A stretch of DNA of 55,815 nucleotides from a virus (lineage: Duplodnaviria > Caudoviricetes): positions 1 to 55,815 of the IMG/VR virus record IMGVR_UViG_3300032291_001093. One strand, written 5' to 3'. Position numbers and translations under genes: made by a program. Shown here in pieces: positions 9,146-19,111 of this stretch. Positions within the stretch are counted from its first letter, which is position 1. Each line of letters opens with the position of its first letter. Under the pieces are notes generated by a model that did not search any database, was not told the origin of the DNA, and saw nothing but the letters and a program-made list of their open reading frames with translations.

Positions 9146-11095
9146 TTAAGCTATAGCTAAGAATATGTAAGAACCGCCCGATGCGTTGATAGCGGCCAAT
9201 ACGGCTGCATTCAGCGCAAAACCTGTTGATACCGTAGTAACAGAACCAAGCGTGGCAACCTCTGCCGCTGTGCTGTTCGCGCGCAAGTAAGGGTCTGTCA
9301 ATGCAGTCATGCCACGGGCTGTGTCGTAAACGTACCAATCTCCAGAAGCATCGGTACGCTTGATGAGGACAAACCTAGCGCCGCCAGTAAAGCCGCAATC
9401 AATGGTTTGGGTTGTGCCATTACCTGTGTAGCTTCCTACTTTGGAAACACCAGCGCAAGTTGCAAAAAGATAGGCAACGTAAGTATCTCCAGCATTGTTT
9501 ACATCGCCATCATTTCCAACGGTAAAAACAGTAGCTGTTGGTGATGTATTGTTCCAATAGGCCGAACTAGTGGTTTCAGCGGCAGTTGTATTGAGCCGAA
9601 TAACTTTTGTGTTTCCAGACGCTGCGTTATATACAGCCCAAGCAGCTCCAGCTTGATTTCTAATTTTTACAATCATTAGCTCAGGCGCTACACCCAAGTT
9701 ATGTGCAAACGTAGTTGCAGAACCCGTCCCCGTATAGCAAACCACATCAAAGAAGCTAGGCGCACGAGAAAAGGCATGCAGAATCTGTGAAGCTCCAGAT
9801 TCATTTACGGCGGCATCTGTACCAAAACCAACTGAATTTTGTTTGTCCCATTGGACAACCCAATCTAAGGTGGTGGCTTCTGCCTGCGTTCTTGGCGTAA
9901 ATAATGTACTTCTAGCGCCTTTTAATCTATCGCTAACCGTTCCATTATAAGTTTCAGAAGCAGTTCGTTTTGAAACCCGAACCATGTCAACAACAAAATT
10001 GCCAATTGTCGGTGTGAAATCATAATTACCGTCACCTGTATACGCAACAGGTTTAAACACCTTAGTCGCATCAGTAGGCACTTTCATCGGGCCACGGCGT
10101 ATGGCGATGTAGATGTAGGTGTTCCCGTTGGTGTTGACTGAGGCATCCGTGCTTAGAACACGAAACCCTGTTGCGGTGGGAGCAATAAGACCAGTCGTAG
10201 GAGATTCTGCGAGAGAATCGTTCGGGTATAGACGAGCCACGTTACCATCTGTTGTAAATCCCCGCATCGTGTCCAACGTGTACCAATTCTCCAGACCACC
10301 TGAAGCCCTCTTGACGATCAAAAATTGCGGCTCATAGCCAAGCGTCACCACCGGGCCTGTAGCGCTGCCGTTGCCCGTATAACTCCCACAACTAATCACA
10401 TTGTCCGTACCCGTCAGGCCAAAGCCTCCTGCGTCATGGGCGAATAGATAGGCTACGTAGGTGCGACCAGACCCGTTTGTGTCATTATCCGTCCCAACAG
10501 AAAACACTGTTGATGTTGGTGCAGTGCTATTCCAATAGCCGGATATGCTAAATTGGGATCCAGTAGTGTTTAGCTGCATGCCGAACGCAGCACTTGTAAG
10601 ACTCCTGTGGTAGACAGCCCAATCAGTCACATCGCTAGTGCATTTAACAAACATGCAACCGGGGGCAGAACCAAGGTTGTGAGCAATTGTTCTATTTGAA
10701 CCATTCCCCGTATAAGTCACAACATCAAAGAACTTAGGCTGCTTAGCAAATGTCCATGAGACAATAGCATCTGTGTTTGCATTTAATCCGGCAGAAGACC
10801 CAATAGAAAATCCAGTTGACAAAAAAGACTGTATCGCATTTGAATCATTTGCTAAAGCATCTGTAGTATTACTGTTAAGTTTTTTACCACTGCCGTTTAT
10901 TGTGTCCTGCAAAATGTGGCTAAATACACCGCTTGTTCTGTCTTTAAACCAAACCAAACCACCCTTGGTGGACAAATCAATACCATTGGTAATGGTCTGT
11001 GTAGAGCCGTTGCCTGTGTAAAGGTATGTGCCGAAACAGTCCTCAATATAATTTTCCGCAGCACTAGCTACCTGCGTTGCATTTGAGCTAAACAT
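9146..11095 (-). CDS. Distal tail fibre/receptor-binding protein with YTGNG repeats
   Basis: 649 aa; repeated YTGxG...HNLG/GxxP...VKR...W modules; directly upstream of the chaperone. Confidence 0.75.
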   Translation of the reverse strand: MFSSNATQVASAAENYIEDCFGTYLYTGNGSTQTITNGIDLSTKGGLVWFKDRTSGVFSHILQDTINGSGKKLNSNTTDALANDSNAIQSFLSTGFSIGSSAGLNANTDAIVSWTFAKQPKFFDVVTYTGNGSNRTIAHNLGSAPGCMFVKCTSDVTDWAVYHRSLTSAAFGMQLNTTGSQFSISGYWNSTAPTSTVFSVGTDNDTNGSGRTYVAYLFAHDAGGFGLTGTDNVISCGSYTGNGSATGPVVTLGYEPQFLIVKRASGGLENWYTLDTMRGFTTDGNVARLYPNDSLAESPTTGLIAPTATGFRVLSTDASVNTNGNTYIYIAIRRGPMKVPTDATKVFKPVAYTGDGNYDFTPTIGNFVVDMVRVSKRTASETYNGTVSDRLKGARSTLFTPRTQAEATTLDWVVQWDKQNSVGFGTDAAVNESGASQILHAFSRAPSFFDVVCYTGTGSATTFAHNLGVAPELMIVKIRNQAGAAWAVYNAASGNTKVIRLNTTAAETTSSAYWNNTSPTATVFTVGNDGDVNNAGDTYVAYLFATCAGVSKVGSYTGNGTTQTIDCGFTGGARFVLIKRTDASGDWYVYDTARGMTALTDPYLRANSTAAEVATLGSVTTVSTGFALNAAVLAAINASGGSYIFLAIA

Positions 11096-11105
11096 TAATT
11101 ACCCC

Positions 11106-11912
11106 TTATAGAGTATAGTTTTGGCCAGCATTTGATCCGACCCAAGAAGAGCCATCTGCCGTGAAAACATACTTGTCTGCTTTGCTTGCTGTTGCGGTAA
11201 TAGTTGGAGCAGTACCGCCGGGCCATTTCACTGATGCGGGCCAAGTCACGGTACGTGAGCCTGTAGCGTCTTGCTTCAAAAGCATTGTGAATGACTTACC
11301 TGCCGTAGCGGTAGGGAATGTAAATGTGCAGTTACCTGTCAGTGTCAGAATCTGCAATGTGCCGTTAGTGTTATCAATCGTGTAAGCGGTTGATGTGTTA
11401 GCGGTTACTGTAGTTTCTGTGTAATTGGTAACGGTTGGGTTGGTCAGAGTTGGAGTGTTGTTTAGTGCAACAACAGTTCCGCTTCCGCTGGTTGTATAGG
11501 ATGTGCCCCATGCAGAACCAGTAGAGTTAGCAATACCTGCGCCGGGATAGGTCATTCCAGCAGGTGATGACCATGTAGGAGCAGATGCACCATTGCTTGT
11601 CAGAACTTGACCTGCTGTGCCGGCTCCGGTAAATGCGTAAGCAGTTCCTGTTCCGTAAGAAACGCCGCCCGATGTGGGGGAGGCTGTTCCATTGGTTCCG
11701 CCGTTGGCGATTGGCAGTGTTCCAGTAACGGTGCTTAATGGAACATTCTTGTAAGCAATAGTCTGAACTACTCCGGCGCTGTCTTTATAGAACAATTTGC
11801 CATCGTTGTTGTTGATTGCCAGCTCACCTTGTGCAAGGTTTGCCGCCAAAGGAACGGCAGATGCTGTTGAGCTTGAGTAATTGAGGATGGGGGTAAATCC
11901 TGTGGCGGCCAT
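11106..11912 (-). CDS. Tail fibre connector with a T4 gp37-like N-terminus
   Basis: LAQGELAINNNDGKLFYKD resembles the LAEGELAIN...FTKD start of T4 gp37; C-terminal QDATGSRTVTWP...WPGGTAP domain. Confidence 0.7.
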   Translation of the reverse strand: MAATGFTPILNYSSSTASAVPLAANLAQGELAINNNDGKLFYKDSAGVVQTIAYKNVPLSTVTGTLPIANGGTNGTASPTSGGVSYGTGTAYAFTGAGTAGQVLTSNGASAPTWSSPAGMTYPGAGIANSTGSAWGTSYTTSGSGTVVALNNTPTLTNPTVTNYTETTVTANTSTAYTIDNTNGTLQILTLTGNCTFTFPTATAGKSFTMLLKQDATGSRTVTWPASVKWPGGTAPTITATASKADKYVFTADGSSWVGSNAGQNYTL

Positions 11913-11924
11913 GTTTAATACTCC

Positions 11925-13745
11925 TTAGAATGTTCCACCAGAGATGGAGGTAACTCCGTATCCCGATAGTGTAGTGGGTTTATTGGTTAAATCTGCAAAT
12001 GAACCAGAAAAAATTGTAGGCTTGTTTGTCAGATCATCGTAAGAACCGCTAGTAGCCACGGTAGCGAGGCTAGATGTATTAGCCTTACCAGAGATAGCTG
12101 TGGTTACATAAGACTCAGTAGCCAAGTTCACTTCTTGAGTGGTTGCACCAGCTTGCCATTTGCCCGCTGTTTCGTTCCAGATCAAGCGCTGACGAGCCAA
12201 ATCGCCACGGTCTACGTCAATACCAGCCACGTTCAAGGAAACGCCAGAACCAGCCTCTCCCTTGTTTACGGTGATGATGTTGTCTTTAACTACCAAGTTT
12301 GCAGTATTAACTGTTGTGGTGGTTCCAGAAACTGTCAAATTACCTGCAACAGTCAAGCCGCCGGAGACGGTCTGATCTCCAGCAACAGCCACGGTAGGAG
12401 CTGTCAAGGTTACTTGCGTAGCAGAGCTGATACGTGTCAAGCCGCCTGTTCCGGTGGACTGAATTACTACGTCAGCGTTAGCGCCAGTAGTTCCAATGGT
12501 TGTAGAGGCAGCAGAATCAAGCACCAAAGTACCAGAGCCGCTGGTAGCGATACGCATACCTTGGTTTGTATCAGCAGTAAACGTAATCGTGTTAGCGGTA
12601 GAACCCAGAACTGGAACTCCGTCCACGTACAGAGTGTTTGCATCAATGTGCATTTCTTCTGTGTAGATGGCGTTGAACTTCTTAGTGGGTGAGCCGATGT
12701 TAGAAGCGCCAGACACGGCAGGAAGAATGTCGCCAGTCAAAGAAGCTACGTTAGCAGGAGCAAAACCCAGAGCAGTCTGGATGGAGCTAGAAGTTACCGA
12801 TGCGTCAGAACCTGCTGGGCCTGTAGAACCTGTATCCCCCTTGTCGCCCTTGTCGCCTTTCAAGCCTTGGGGGCCTTGAGGGCCGTCAGCGCCAGTGTCA
12901 CCCTTAACACCTTGAGGGCCTTGAGCGCCTGTGGCTCCAGTAGTACCTTGGATACCTTGTGGGCCTTGTGCACCTGTTGCACCGGTAGCGCCGTTAGGGC
13001 CAGCGGGGCCTTGAGCACCAGTAGCTCCGGTATCGCCTTTGTCTCCCTTATCGCCCTTCAACTGAGCAACTACGCCAGCGGGAAGTGTGGTGACGTTAGA
13101 CAGGTCAGAATTGGCTTTATTGGAAACAGTCGTTGTCAATGCGGAAACAGCAGACTGGTCGTTAGCCAACTGAGCAGCGATCTCTTCCAATGTATTCAAA
13201 GCGGCGGGAGCAGCACCCACTACAGCGGCAATAGATGTATCAATCTGGCCTTGAATGTTGGCTGCGGTCAAAGCGGCAGAGCCGTTGATGTACACGCCTG
13301 AAGTGTTGATTTCAACAGCCTGACCCACTTGGATCAAGCTAGCCTTCAACAGGGGAACGTCCACTGTATCAGGAGCCACAACCATTACTGTTCCGCGAAC
13401 AGCGCTGGTAAATGTCAAACGGAAAGAGTTAACGTCGATGTCTTCTTTACCAACCGATAAGATGTTGCCAGTTTGGTCTTTAACCTGAATCCACAAGTTG
13501 GTGCTATTCAGATTGTGAGTCACAACCCACGTAGATGAATCTAAACCTTGGCTGTGAATGTACGAATTTGTCTTAGATGCAAAGGGATACCAAGTCTCTA
13601 GATCACCCACCTTGATGTAGGCAAACAGACACTTGTCCTTAATCATGATGGTGCCAATTTTGGGGTTGGCGGGAAAGCCAGACTCGTTGACTTCCATAAC
13701 CAAAGCACCGTACAGTGCTAGGTCGTTATAGATTCTTGATTCCAT
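11925..13745 (-). CDS. Collagen-like fibre protein
   Basis: 28 consecutive Gly-X-Y triplets; WVVTHNL domain; APAALNTLEEIAAQL fibre motif; ends ISGGTF. Confidence 0.8.
   Translation of the reverse strand: MESRIYNDLALYGALVMEVNESGFPANPKIGTIMIKDKCLFAYIKVGDLETWYPFASKTNSYIHSQGLDSSTWVVTHNLNSTNLWIQVKDQTGNILSVGKEDIDVNSFRLTFTSAVRGTVMVVAPDTVDVPLLKASLIQVGQAVEINTSGVYINGSAALTAANIQGQIDTSIAAVVGAAPAALNTLEEIAAQLANDQSAVSALTTTVSNKANSDLSNVTTLPAGVVAQLKGDKGDKGDTGATGAQGPAGPNGATGATGAQGPQGIQGTTGATGAQGPQGVKGDTGADGPQGPQGLKGDKGDKGDTGSTGPAGSDASVTSSSIQTALGFAPANVASLTGDILPAVSGASNIGSPTKKFNAIYTEEMHIDANTLYVDGVPVLGSTANTITFTADTNQGMRIATSGSGTLVLDSAASTTIGTTGANADVVIQSTGTGGLTRISSATQVTLTAPTVAVAGDQTVSGGLTVAGNLTVSGTTTTVNTANLVVKDNIITVNKGEAGSGVSLNVAGIDVDRGDLARQRLIWNETAGKWQAGATTQEVNLATESYVTTAISGKANTSSLATVATSGSYDDLTNKPTIFSGSFADLTNKPTTLSGYGVTSISGGTF
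12804..13055 (-). repeat. Collagen Gly-X-Y repeat (28 triplets)
   Basis: GDKGDKGDTGATGAQ...GSTGPAGSD. Confidence 0.95.
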
Positions 13746-13949
13746 TTAAATTCCTTTCGGGCTTATGCCCTTCATGTATGCCGTGCCATGAGCAACCTTT
13801 TTCATCACTAGGAGCGTGTCGTAAGACTGGCCTATAAAATCCAATAGTTCTTGTTTTTTGACGATACCGATTTTGTACATTTCAAACTTCTCTTGTACGT
13901 CATCAGCAACGCGGATTAGCCACTCACGAATTCTCTCAGCTTCGGTCAC
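13746..13949 (-). CDS. Hypothetical protein
   Basis: 67-aa ORF filling the operon gap. Confidence 0.6.
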   Translation of the reverse strand: MTEAERIREWLIRVADDVQEKFEMYKIGIVKKQELLDFIGQSYDTLLVMKKVAHGTAYMKGISPKGI

Positions 13950-14145
13950 TCTCTAATATCCTCTTCTCAGCAGTCTCGTAAAACCGCTTTACCCATTCGA
14001 TATTCTCAGACAACTGATCTCTGTCATCTTCCCCAAACGGGTCTTCAATCAAATCCGCTAGATCACGAATTTCGCTTTCAAGTTTTGAAAATGCGTCTTC
14101 CACGGTCTTTAGAGAATCAAAGTTAAAGTTTGGCAGAGCTTTCAT
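13936..14145 (-). CDS. Hypothetical acidic helical protein
   Basis: 69-aa ORF filling the operon gap. Confidence 0.6.
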   Translation of the reverse strand: MKALPNFNFDSLKTVEDAFSKLESEIRDLADLIEDPFGEDDRDQLSENIEWVKRFYETAEKRILESDRS

Positions 14146-14151
14146 AAGAAC

Positions 14152-14170
14152 GGGGGGTGATTAGCCCCCC
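14152..14170 (-). terminator. GC hairpin, possible weak terminator
   Basis: GGGGGG-7nt-CCCCCC then GTTCTT, just after the stop at 14178. Confidence 0.45.
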
Positions 14171-14177
14171 TCCTTAA

Positions 14178-15956
14178 TTACAGGCTAGCGGCGCTACGGC
14201 AGATCACTTTGACCTTGAGAGCGGTAGACAAGTACACCTTGATGGTGTTGTTGTCTTGCTCTTCAACGGACACGATGTCGTTGTAGTACTTGCCATTGGC
14301 ACGCTCAACTTGCACGCCCACGTCCACAAAACCGTTGTTCAGGTTGTGAGCGATGGTGTGCACGGTAGCGGCGGCAGATGCTTGGAATGTAAAGACTGTG
14401 TTGTTGTAGTCAGTACGGATCGCTGTGTCTGCGGCTGCACGAGCAGTAGCTTCGGCGGTTACAGCAGCTTGACGGTCAGAGATCTCTGTGGAGATGCGGC
14501 CATCCAAAGCGGTTTCAGCAGCTTGAGCGCGGCTGATTTCGCTGTTCAAGTCGCTACGCAGGGAAGCGTCAGCGGCAGAACGGGCAGATGCTTCGGCTGT
14601 ATCGGCAGCAGCGCGGGCTGTGGCTTCAGCAGTAACGGCAGCCTGACGGTCAGCAATCTCAGTGTTTAAGTCAGCACGAAGACCAGCCTCAACACCTTCT
14701 GCGCGAGTCTTTTCTGTAGCAATCGCAGTGGCGTTTGTTTGGTCGCCAGTTTGACGTGCAGAGATTTCTGTGTTCAGGTCAGAACGCAAAGACGAATCAG
14801 CAGCGATACGTGCAGACTCTTCAGCGGTAACAGCGGCTGCGCGAGCGGCAGACTCAGCAGTCAGATCGGAACGCAGACCAGCTTCTACGCCTTCGGCACG
14901 AGTTTTCTCAGTGGCGATTGCAGTAGTGTTGGCTTGCTCAGCAGCTTGTGCACGAGCAATTTCAGCGGTCAAATCGGTGCGGAGGCCAGCCTCAACGCCT
15001 TGAGCACGAGTTTCCTCGGCAGTGATGGCGGCTGCATTGGTTGCATCACCAGCGGCGCGAGCAGTAGCTTCAGCAGAGTCAGCGGCGGTACGTGCAGCAG
15101 TTTCAGCAGTCAGGTCTGTACGCAAGCCAGCTTCCACGCCAGTAGCGCGGGTAACTTCAGTAGCCAGGTCGGTAGTCAGGGTCTGCTCTGCGCCTTGAGC
15201 ACGAGCGATTTCGCTAGTCAGGCCAGAGTTAACTTCGTTGATAGCACCAACCAAGTCAGTCTTGTAGCTGGTGTTCAAGTTGCTCAGGTTACCGATCTTG
15301 CCGCTGGATTGTGCTTCCAAGCTGGTAATACGGCCATCCAAAGCTGTGTCAGCAGCGGCACGGGTAGTGGCTTCTGCGCTAACGGCGGCTTGGCGATCAG
15401 AAACTTCAGTAGTGATACGGCCAGACAGAGCGGCTTCAGCGGCAGCGGCACGGGTCTCTTCAGCGTCAACTTCAGCTTGAGTTGCGGCAATCATGCCTTC
15501 CAACACGTTAATGATGTTGGGGTCGTTTTCCAGAGCTTGAGCTAATTCGGTGATGGTGTCCAAAACCGAAGGAGGGATACCGCCGAGCAGGTCAGCTTTA
15601 GTCTGGTCAATTTTAGCGTCCAGAGCAGCTTCAGCAGCAGTAGCGCGTGTAATCTCAGCAGAGAGGTTAGAAGCGATAGTGCCTTCAGCAGACTGAGCAC
15701 GGGTTGTTTCAGCAGCGATAGATGCTTGAACAGCGGCCAACTCAGTAGCAGCAGACTCAGCGTCCTTGATGGTGCGAATCACCACGGCGCCAGAGCTGTT
15801 CAAAGAAGAATAGCGAACTACTTTGTCAGTAGAGTTGAACCATACGCGACCAGCAGCAACGGGGCTAGGGTCAGCAGATAAGATTTCGAGGTTGAGGTTT
15901 TCTACGTAGGCATTAGCCGCAAGGGTAATACCATGAAATACTGGGAAATTAGCCAT
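14178..15956 (-). CDS. Long Ala/Glu/Thr-rich coiled-coil fibre protein
   Basis: Many AExTRAxxAE/AEATARAAAD repeats; LDTITELAQALENDPN motif as in P2/Mu-type fibres; C-terminal IAHNL domain. Confidence 0.75.
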   Translation of the reverse strand: MANFPVFHGITLAANAYVENLNLEILSADPSPVAAGRVWFNSTDKVVRYSSLNSSGAVVIRTIKDAESAATELAAVQASIAAETTRAQSAEGTIASNLSAEITRATAAEAALDAKIDQTKADLLGGIPPSVLDTITELAQALENDPNIINVLEGMIAATQAEVDAEETRAAAAEAALSGRITTEVSDRQAAVSAEATTRAAADTALDGRITSLEAQSSGKIGNLSNLNTSYKTDLVGAINEVNSGLTSEIARAQGAEQTLTTDLATEVTRATGVEAGLRTDLTAETAARTAADSAEATARAAGDATNAAAITAEETRAQGVEAGLRTDLTAEIARAQAAEQANTTAIATEKTRAEGVEAGLRSDLTAESAARAAAVTAEESARIAADSSLRSDLNTEISARQTGDQTNATAIATEKTRAEGVEAGLRADLNTEIADRQAAVTAEATARAAADTAEASARSAADASLRSDLNSEISRAQAAETALDGRISTEISDRQAAVTAEATARAAADTAIRTDYNNTVFTFQASAAATVHTIAHNLNNGFVDVGVQVERANGKYYNDIVSVEEQDNNTIKVYLSTALKVKVICRSAASL

Positions 15957-16027
15957 GAGTCACTCCAAAATTAGGGAATTAGTTTTACAAGTTTTCTTTA
16001 CTCGACACGACTCACGCAGACGGAATC

Positions 16028-16234
16028 TTACTTCAGAAATCGACGAAGAACAAGAAGTTCTTGATCAACTCTCAAAGCATCAGACCCTGCGTGTTTGACT
16101 CGCCATTCAGTCTCAGAGACCTCGCTGCTAAAGTAAAATTTTTCATCACGATAGGTTTGAAGCACTGCGCCATGAGCTTTCATGTACGCAGCCAAGTGAA
16201 TATCACGTTTTAAAACAACAATGTCATAGGTCAT
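16028..16234 (-). CDS. Small hypothetical protein (DUF5659-like)
   Basis: DIHLAAYM..G..L...FYF pattern; ATGA coupling to the upstream gene. Confidence 0.55.
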   Translation of the reverse strand: MTYDIVVLKRDIHLAAYMKAHGAVLQTYRDEKFYFSSEVSETEWRVKHAGSDALRVDQELLVLRRFLK

Positions 16235-16506
16235 AGGGAAAACACTACGTTTACCGAGCCAGCAGTAGGCTCGGTCATATAAACAACAAATTGGTTAGGG
16301 CTAATTACTTTAACTCCAGCAAAAAATTGTTGATTTGCAGAATTAAATAAACTAGCAACAAAGTTATACGTCCCTAGGTTGTGCGTCACAGTCCAGCTTA
16401 ATTCAGGGGTGTTAAACGTGTAAACACGACCAACTGAAGTTAAACCTGCTGATGTAGCTCCCGTCCCGTAAACTTTGCCGTATGGACGCGCAAAGTAAGT
16501 GGCCAT
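16231..16506 (-). CDS. Small HNL-motif structural protein
   Basis: WTVTHNLG domain shared with both neighbouring fibre proteins. Confidence 0.65.
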   Translation of the reverse strand: MATYFARPYGKVYGTGATSAGLTSVGRVYTFNTPELSWTVTHNLGTYNFVASLFNSANQQFFAGVKVISPNQFVVYMTEPTAGSVNVVFSL

Positions 16507-16827
16507 TTAGATTCCTGCCTGTAACACCTTTAGAATAACGGAGCCAGATGTATATTCCGTGACACGAACACGCACCCCAGAAACTGGGTACGCATAATAT
16601 CCATCTGCATTAGCTGTTTGGTCTACGATAAAAGGAAACCAAGTAATATCATTTGGGTTATATGGAGACCACAAATCATGATATGTATGCTCAACGGTGT
16701 ATTTTAAAGTAGCACCAGGGCTTAACATTACGGCAACCGACACGTTTACAGGCGTTAAGTTAATATCCACACCCACCACGTCAGTTGATCCAAGACCAGT
16801 AATCTCGGTCTGAACTTGTCTCGACAT
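16507..16827 (-). CDS. Small beta-sandwich virion protein
   Basis: YTVEHTY...GYYAYPVSGVRV...LQAG. Confidence 0.65.
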   Translation of the reverse strand: MSRQVQTEITGLGSTDVVGVDINLTPVNVSVAVMLSPGATLKYTVEHTYHDLWSPYNPNDITWFPFIVDQTANADGYYAYPVSGVRVRVTEYTSGSVILKVLQAGI

Positions 16828-19109
16828 TAGAACGTCCCTCCAGAAATACCGCCAGTAGCGGTCACAGTTGTAAAGCTACCTGCGGCTGCGGTAGTGCCTC
16901 CAATGACGGTTCCATCAACCGTTCCACCAGTGATTGCTACGCTATTAGCGCTTTGGGTTGACATGGTGCCCAACCCTGTAATATCTGTATTTGGGATAGT
17001 GGCTGAAGCAGTTAAAGCAGATGTTCCAGAGCCTTTTACGTAGCCAGTTAAGGTTGTGGCCCCAGTTCCGCCGTAAGCAACGCCAATTGTGCTGGCATTC
17101 CATGTGCCAGTGGCGAGTGTTCCAACGCCAGTAATGTTTCCGTAAGCTCCCGAAATGTATGCTGATCCAACTGTTCCCGAGGTAATTTGATTGCCATCTA
17201 TTGCAATGTTGACATTAGATGCGCTGGTAATCTGACCTTGTGCATTAACAATGACTTGAGGTACGGCGCTCGCAGTTCCGTAGGTGTTTGCAGTAACGCC
17301 TGTGTTGCCAATATTAAATGTGTAAGTGGGGGACTCTGTTAAACCAGTTCCAGCAGAGTAGGTAATCCCTACGCCAAACTGCTGGAATACGATAGATGTA
17401 ATTCCAACGGTAATAGGAAGAGGAGTCTGCTGAACCCAAGACGTATTGGCATTAGCGGTTCCTGCGGTAATGAGGAAAAAGTCACCAGCATTAATTTGGT
17501 TGATACCTGTTCCTGGCGTATTAAAGTCTGTCGCCCGAGTCAGAATGTAGGGGGTTCCAGCGGATCCAACTTGCGTAACGGTGTACACACCATTGTTAGC
17601 TGGGGCTGCCTCATTCTTAACCAATATGCGATTACCAGCCACAGTTAGCGTACTGTCTACACTAAGAGCGCCGTTAGCATTAGCAGTTAAAGTTGCTCCA
17701 ACACCGAATGCGCCATTGTTGTAAGTGTTTGCCGGAAGTGCGGCGGTAGTTGCAAGGCGACAGGCTTCGTGGAAGCTCAATCCGCCAGCTAATCCATCAA
17801 CATAAGTCTTGTTAGGGATATCGTTACCCGAAACTGGAGTTGTGGTAATGGTTCCAGTAGTCAGCGCCACAGAACCCAATGTTCCCGATGAGGCGTTAAC
17901 CGTAGTAAACGTGCCAGCCGCAGGAGTAATTGCGCCTACGGTGGTTCCGTTAATTGCCCCGCCAGAGATGGCCACAAAGCTTGCGCTCTGAGTAGACATT
18001 GTTCCTAAACCCGTAATGTCGGTGTTAGGAATGGTTGCGGAGGCGGTTAAGGCGGAGGTTCCAGCTCCCTTGACATATCCAGTTAACGTAGCGGCACCCG
18101 TTCCACCAGAAGCCACAGCGATAGGAGCAGACAGTCCACTAATGGTTCCGCCCGTAATGGCTACGTTATTGGCACTCTGAGTGGACATTGTGCCCAAGCC
18201 AGTAATGTCTGTGCTCGGAATGGTTGCAACACCAGTAAAGGCGGATGTCCCATTACCCTTTAAGTATCCGTTTAAAGTAGTTGCGCCAGTTCCTCCGTTA
18301 GCAACCACTAACGTACCACCCAATGAAACAGCTCCATTTGTTGGCAAAACAGGCGTTAAACCAGTAGTTCCGCCGTCAAATGTAAGAACTCCATTACCTT
18401 GAGAAAAGGATAGCCATGTTCCAGCAGTAAAGCCTTCAAACAAACCGCTTGTGGTGTTGTATCTAATCTGCCCAGTAACGCCAGCAGGTTGTTGTCCAAC
18501 GGTTCCTTTGGGGATAGTCATGCCACCCGTGCCTGGGATTGTAGGATCGCTCACAATAGAGATTACAGGGCTATTGGAGCCATCACCATTCGCCACATTT
18601 ATCTGATTGGCGGTTCCAAGGATTTGACGACCAGCAATAGTGGTTCCGCCGACAATCGCAAGCATTCCCGTACCAGAAGCAGCCGCTACCGCTGCGGCAA
18701 CACCTGTGAGCTGGAAAGTGGGGTTACCCGAAACGCCATCACCATTTGTGACGCTTAGGCCCAAACCAGAGGTAGAAAGTGTCCTTGATGCTACGGTAGT
18801 GCCAGAAGTCTTGGCAATCATGCCCGTGGAGGCGGATTCTAGGCTCCCAGAAGCGCCGTTAAGGCTAAGACGTAGGAAAGACTGTGCGCCACCATCCGTG
18901 ATTGCCAAACCCGTATCGGTGGACAAATAACGGCTATTAGGAAGGCTAGGTTCTTGATTCTTGGTCAAGAAGGTCTGAGTTTGGCTAGGCGAGGCAGCAA
19001 TAGCGCCCGTAGTGGTTTGTACGGTTACGCCATTTTGGACAACGGGCACAAGCTCAGTGCCTGTAATAGCACCCGCTGCTGGCAGTTGAGAGATTTGTAC
19101 GTTTGCCAT
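16827..19109 (-). CDS. Proximal tail fibre protein
   Basis: ISQLPAA...ELVPVVQNG anchor; RILVKNE...NGVY...LTRATD domain; three ~45-aa internal repeats; ends ISGGTF. Confidence 0.8.
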   Translation of the reverse strand: MANVQISQLPAAGAITGTELVPVVQNGVTVQTTTGAIAASPSQTQTFLTKNQEPSLPNSRYLSTDTGLAITDGGAQSFLRLSLNGASGSLESASTGMIAKTSGTTVASRTLSTSGLGLSVTNGDGVSGNPTFQLTGVAAAVAAASGTGMLAIVGGTTIAGRQILGTANQINVANGDGSNSPVISIVSDPTIPGTGGMTIPKGTVGQQPAGVTGQIRYNTTSGLFEGFTAGTWLSFSQGNGVLTFDGGTTGLTPVLPTNGAVSLGGTLVVANGGTGATTLNGYLKGNGTSAFTGVATIPSTDITGLGTMSTQSANNVAITGGTISGLSAPIAVASGGTGAATLTGYVKGAGTSALTASATIPNTDITGLGTMSTQSASFVAISGGAINGTTVGAITPAAGTFTTVNASSGTLGSVALTTGTITTTPVSGNDIPNKTYVDGLAGGLSFHEACRLATTAALPANTYNNGAFGVGATLTANANGALSVDSTLTVAGNRILVKNEAAPANNGVYTVTQVGSAGTPYILTRATDFNTPGTGINQINAGDFFLITAGTANANTSWVQQTPLPITVGITSIVFQQFGVGITYSAGTGLTESPTYTFNIGNTGVTANTYGTASAVPQVIVNAQGQITSASNVNIAIDGNQITSGTVGSAYISGAYGNITGVGTLATGTWNASTIGVAYGGTGATTLTGYVKGSGTSALTASATIPNTDITGLGTMSTQSANSVAITGGTVDGTVIGGTTAAAGSFTTVTATGGISGGTF

Positions 19110-19111
19110 GA

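Noticed and set aside
12135-15545. Plus-strand ORFs opposite the collagen and coiled-coil genes
   Set aside because: Low-complexity mirror translations (Ser/Cys/Gly-rich) of repetitive Ala/Gly codons.
9146-19109. Diversity-generating retroelement or invertible fibre cassette
   Set aside because: No reverse transcriptase or invertase was found, and the repeats differ at synonymous sites rather than at adenines specifically.
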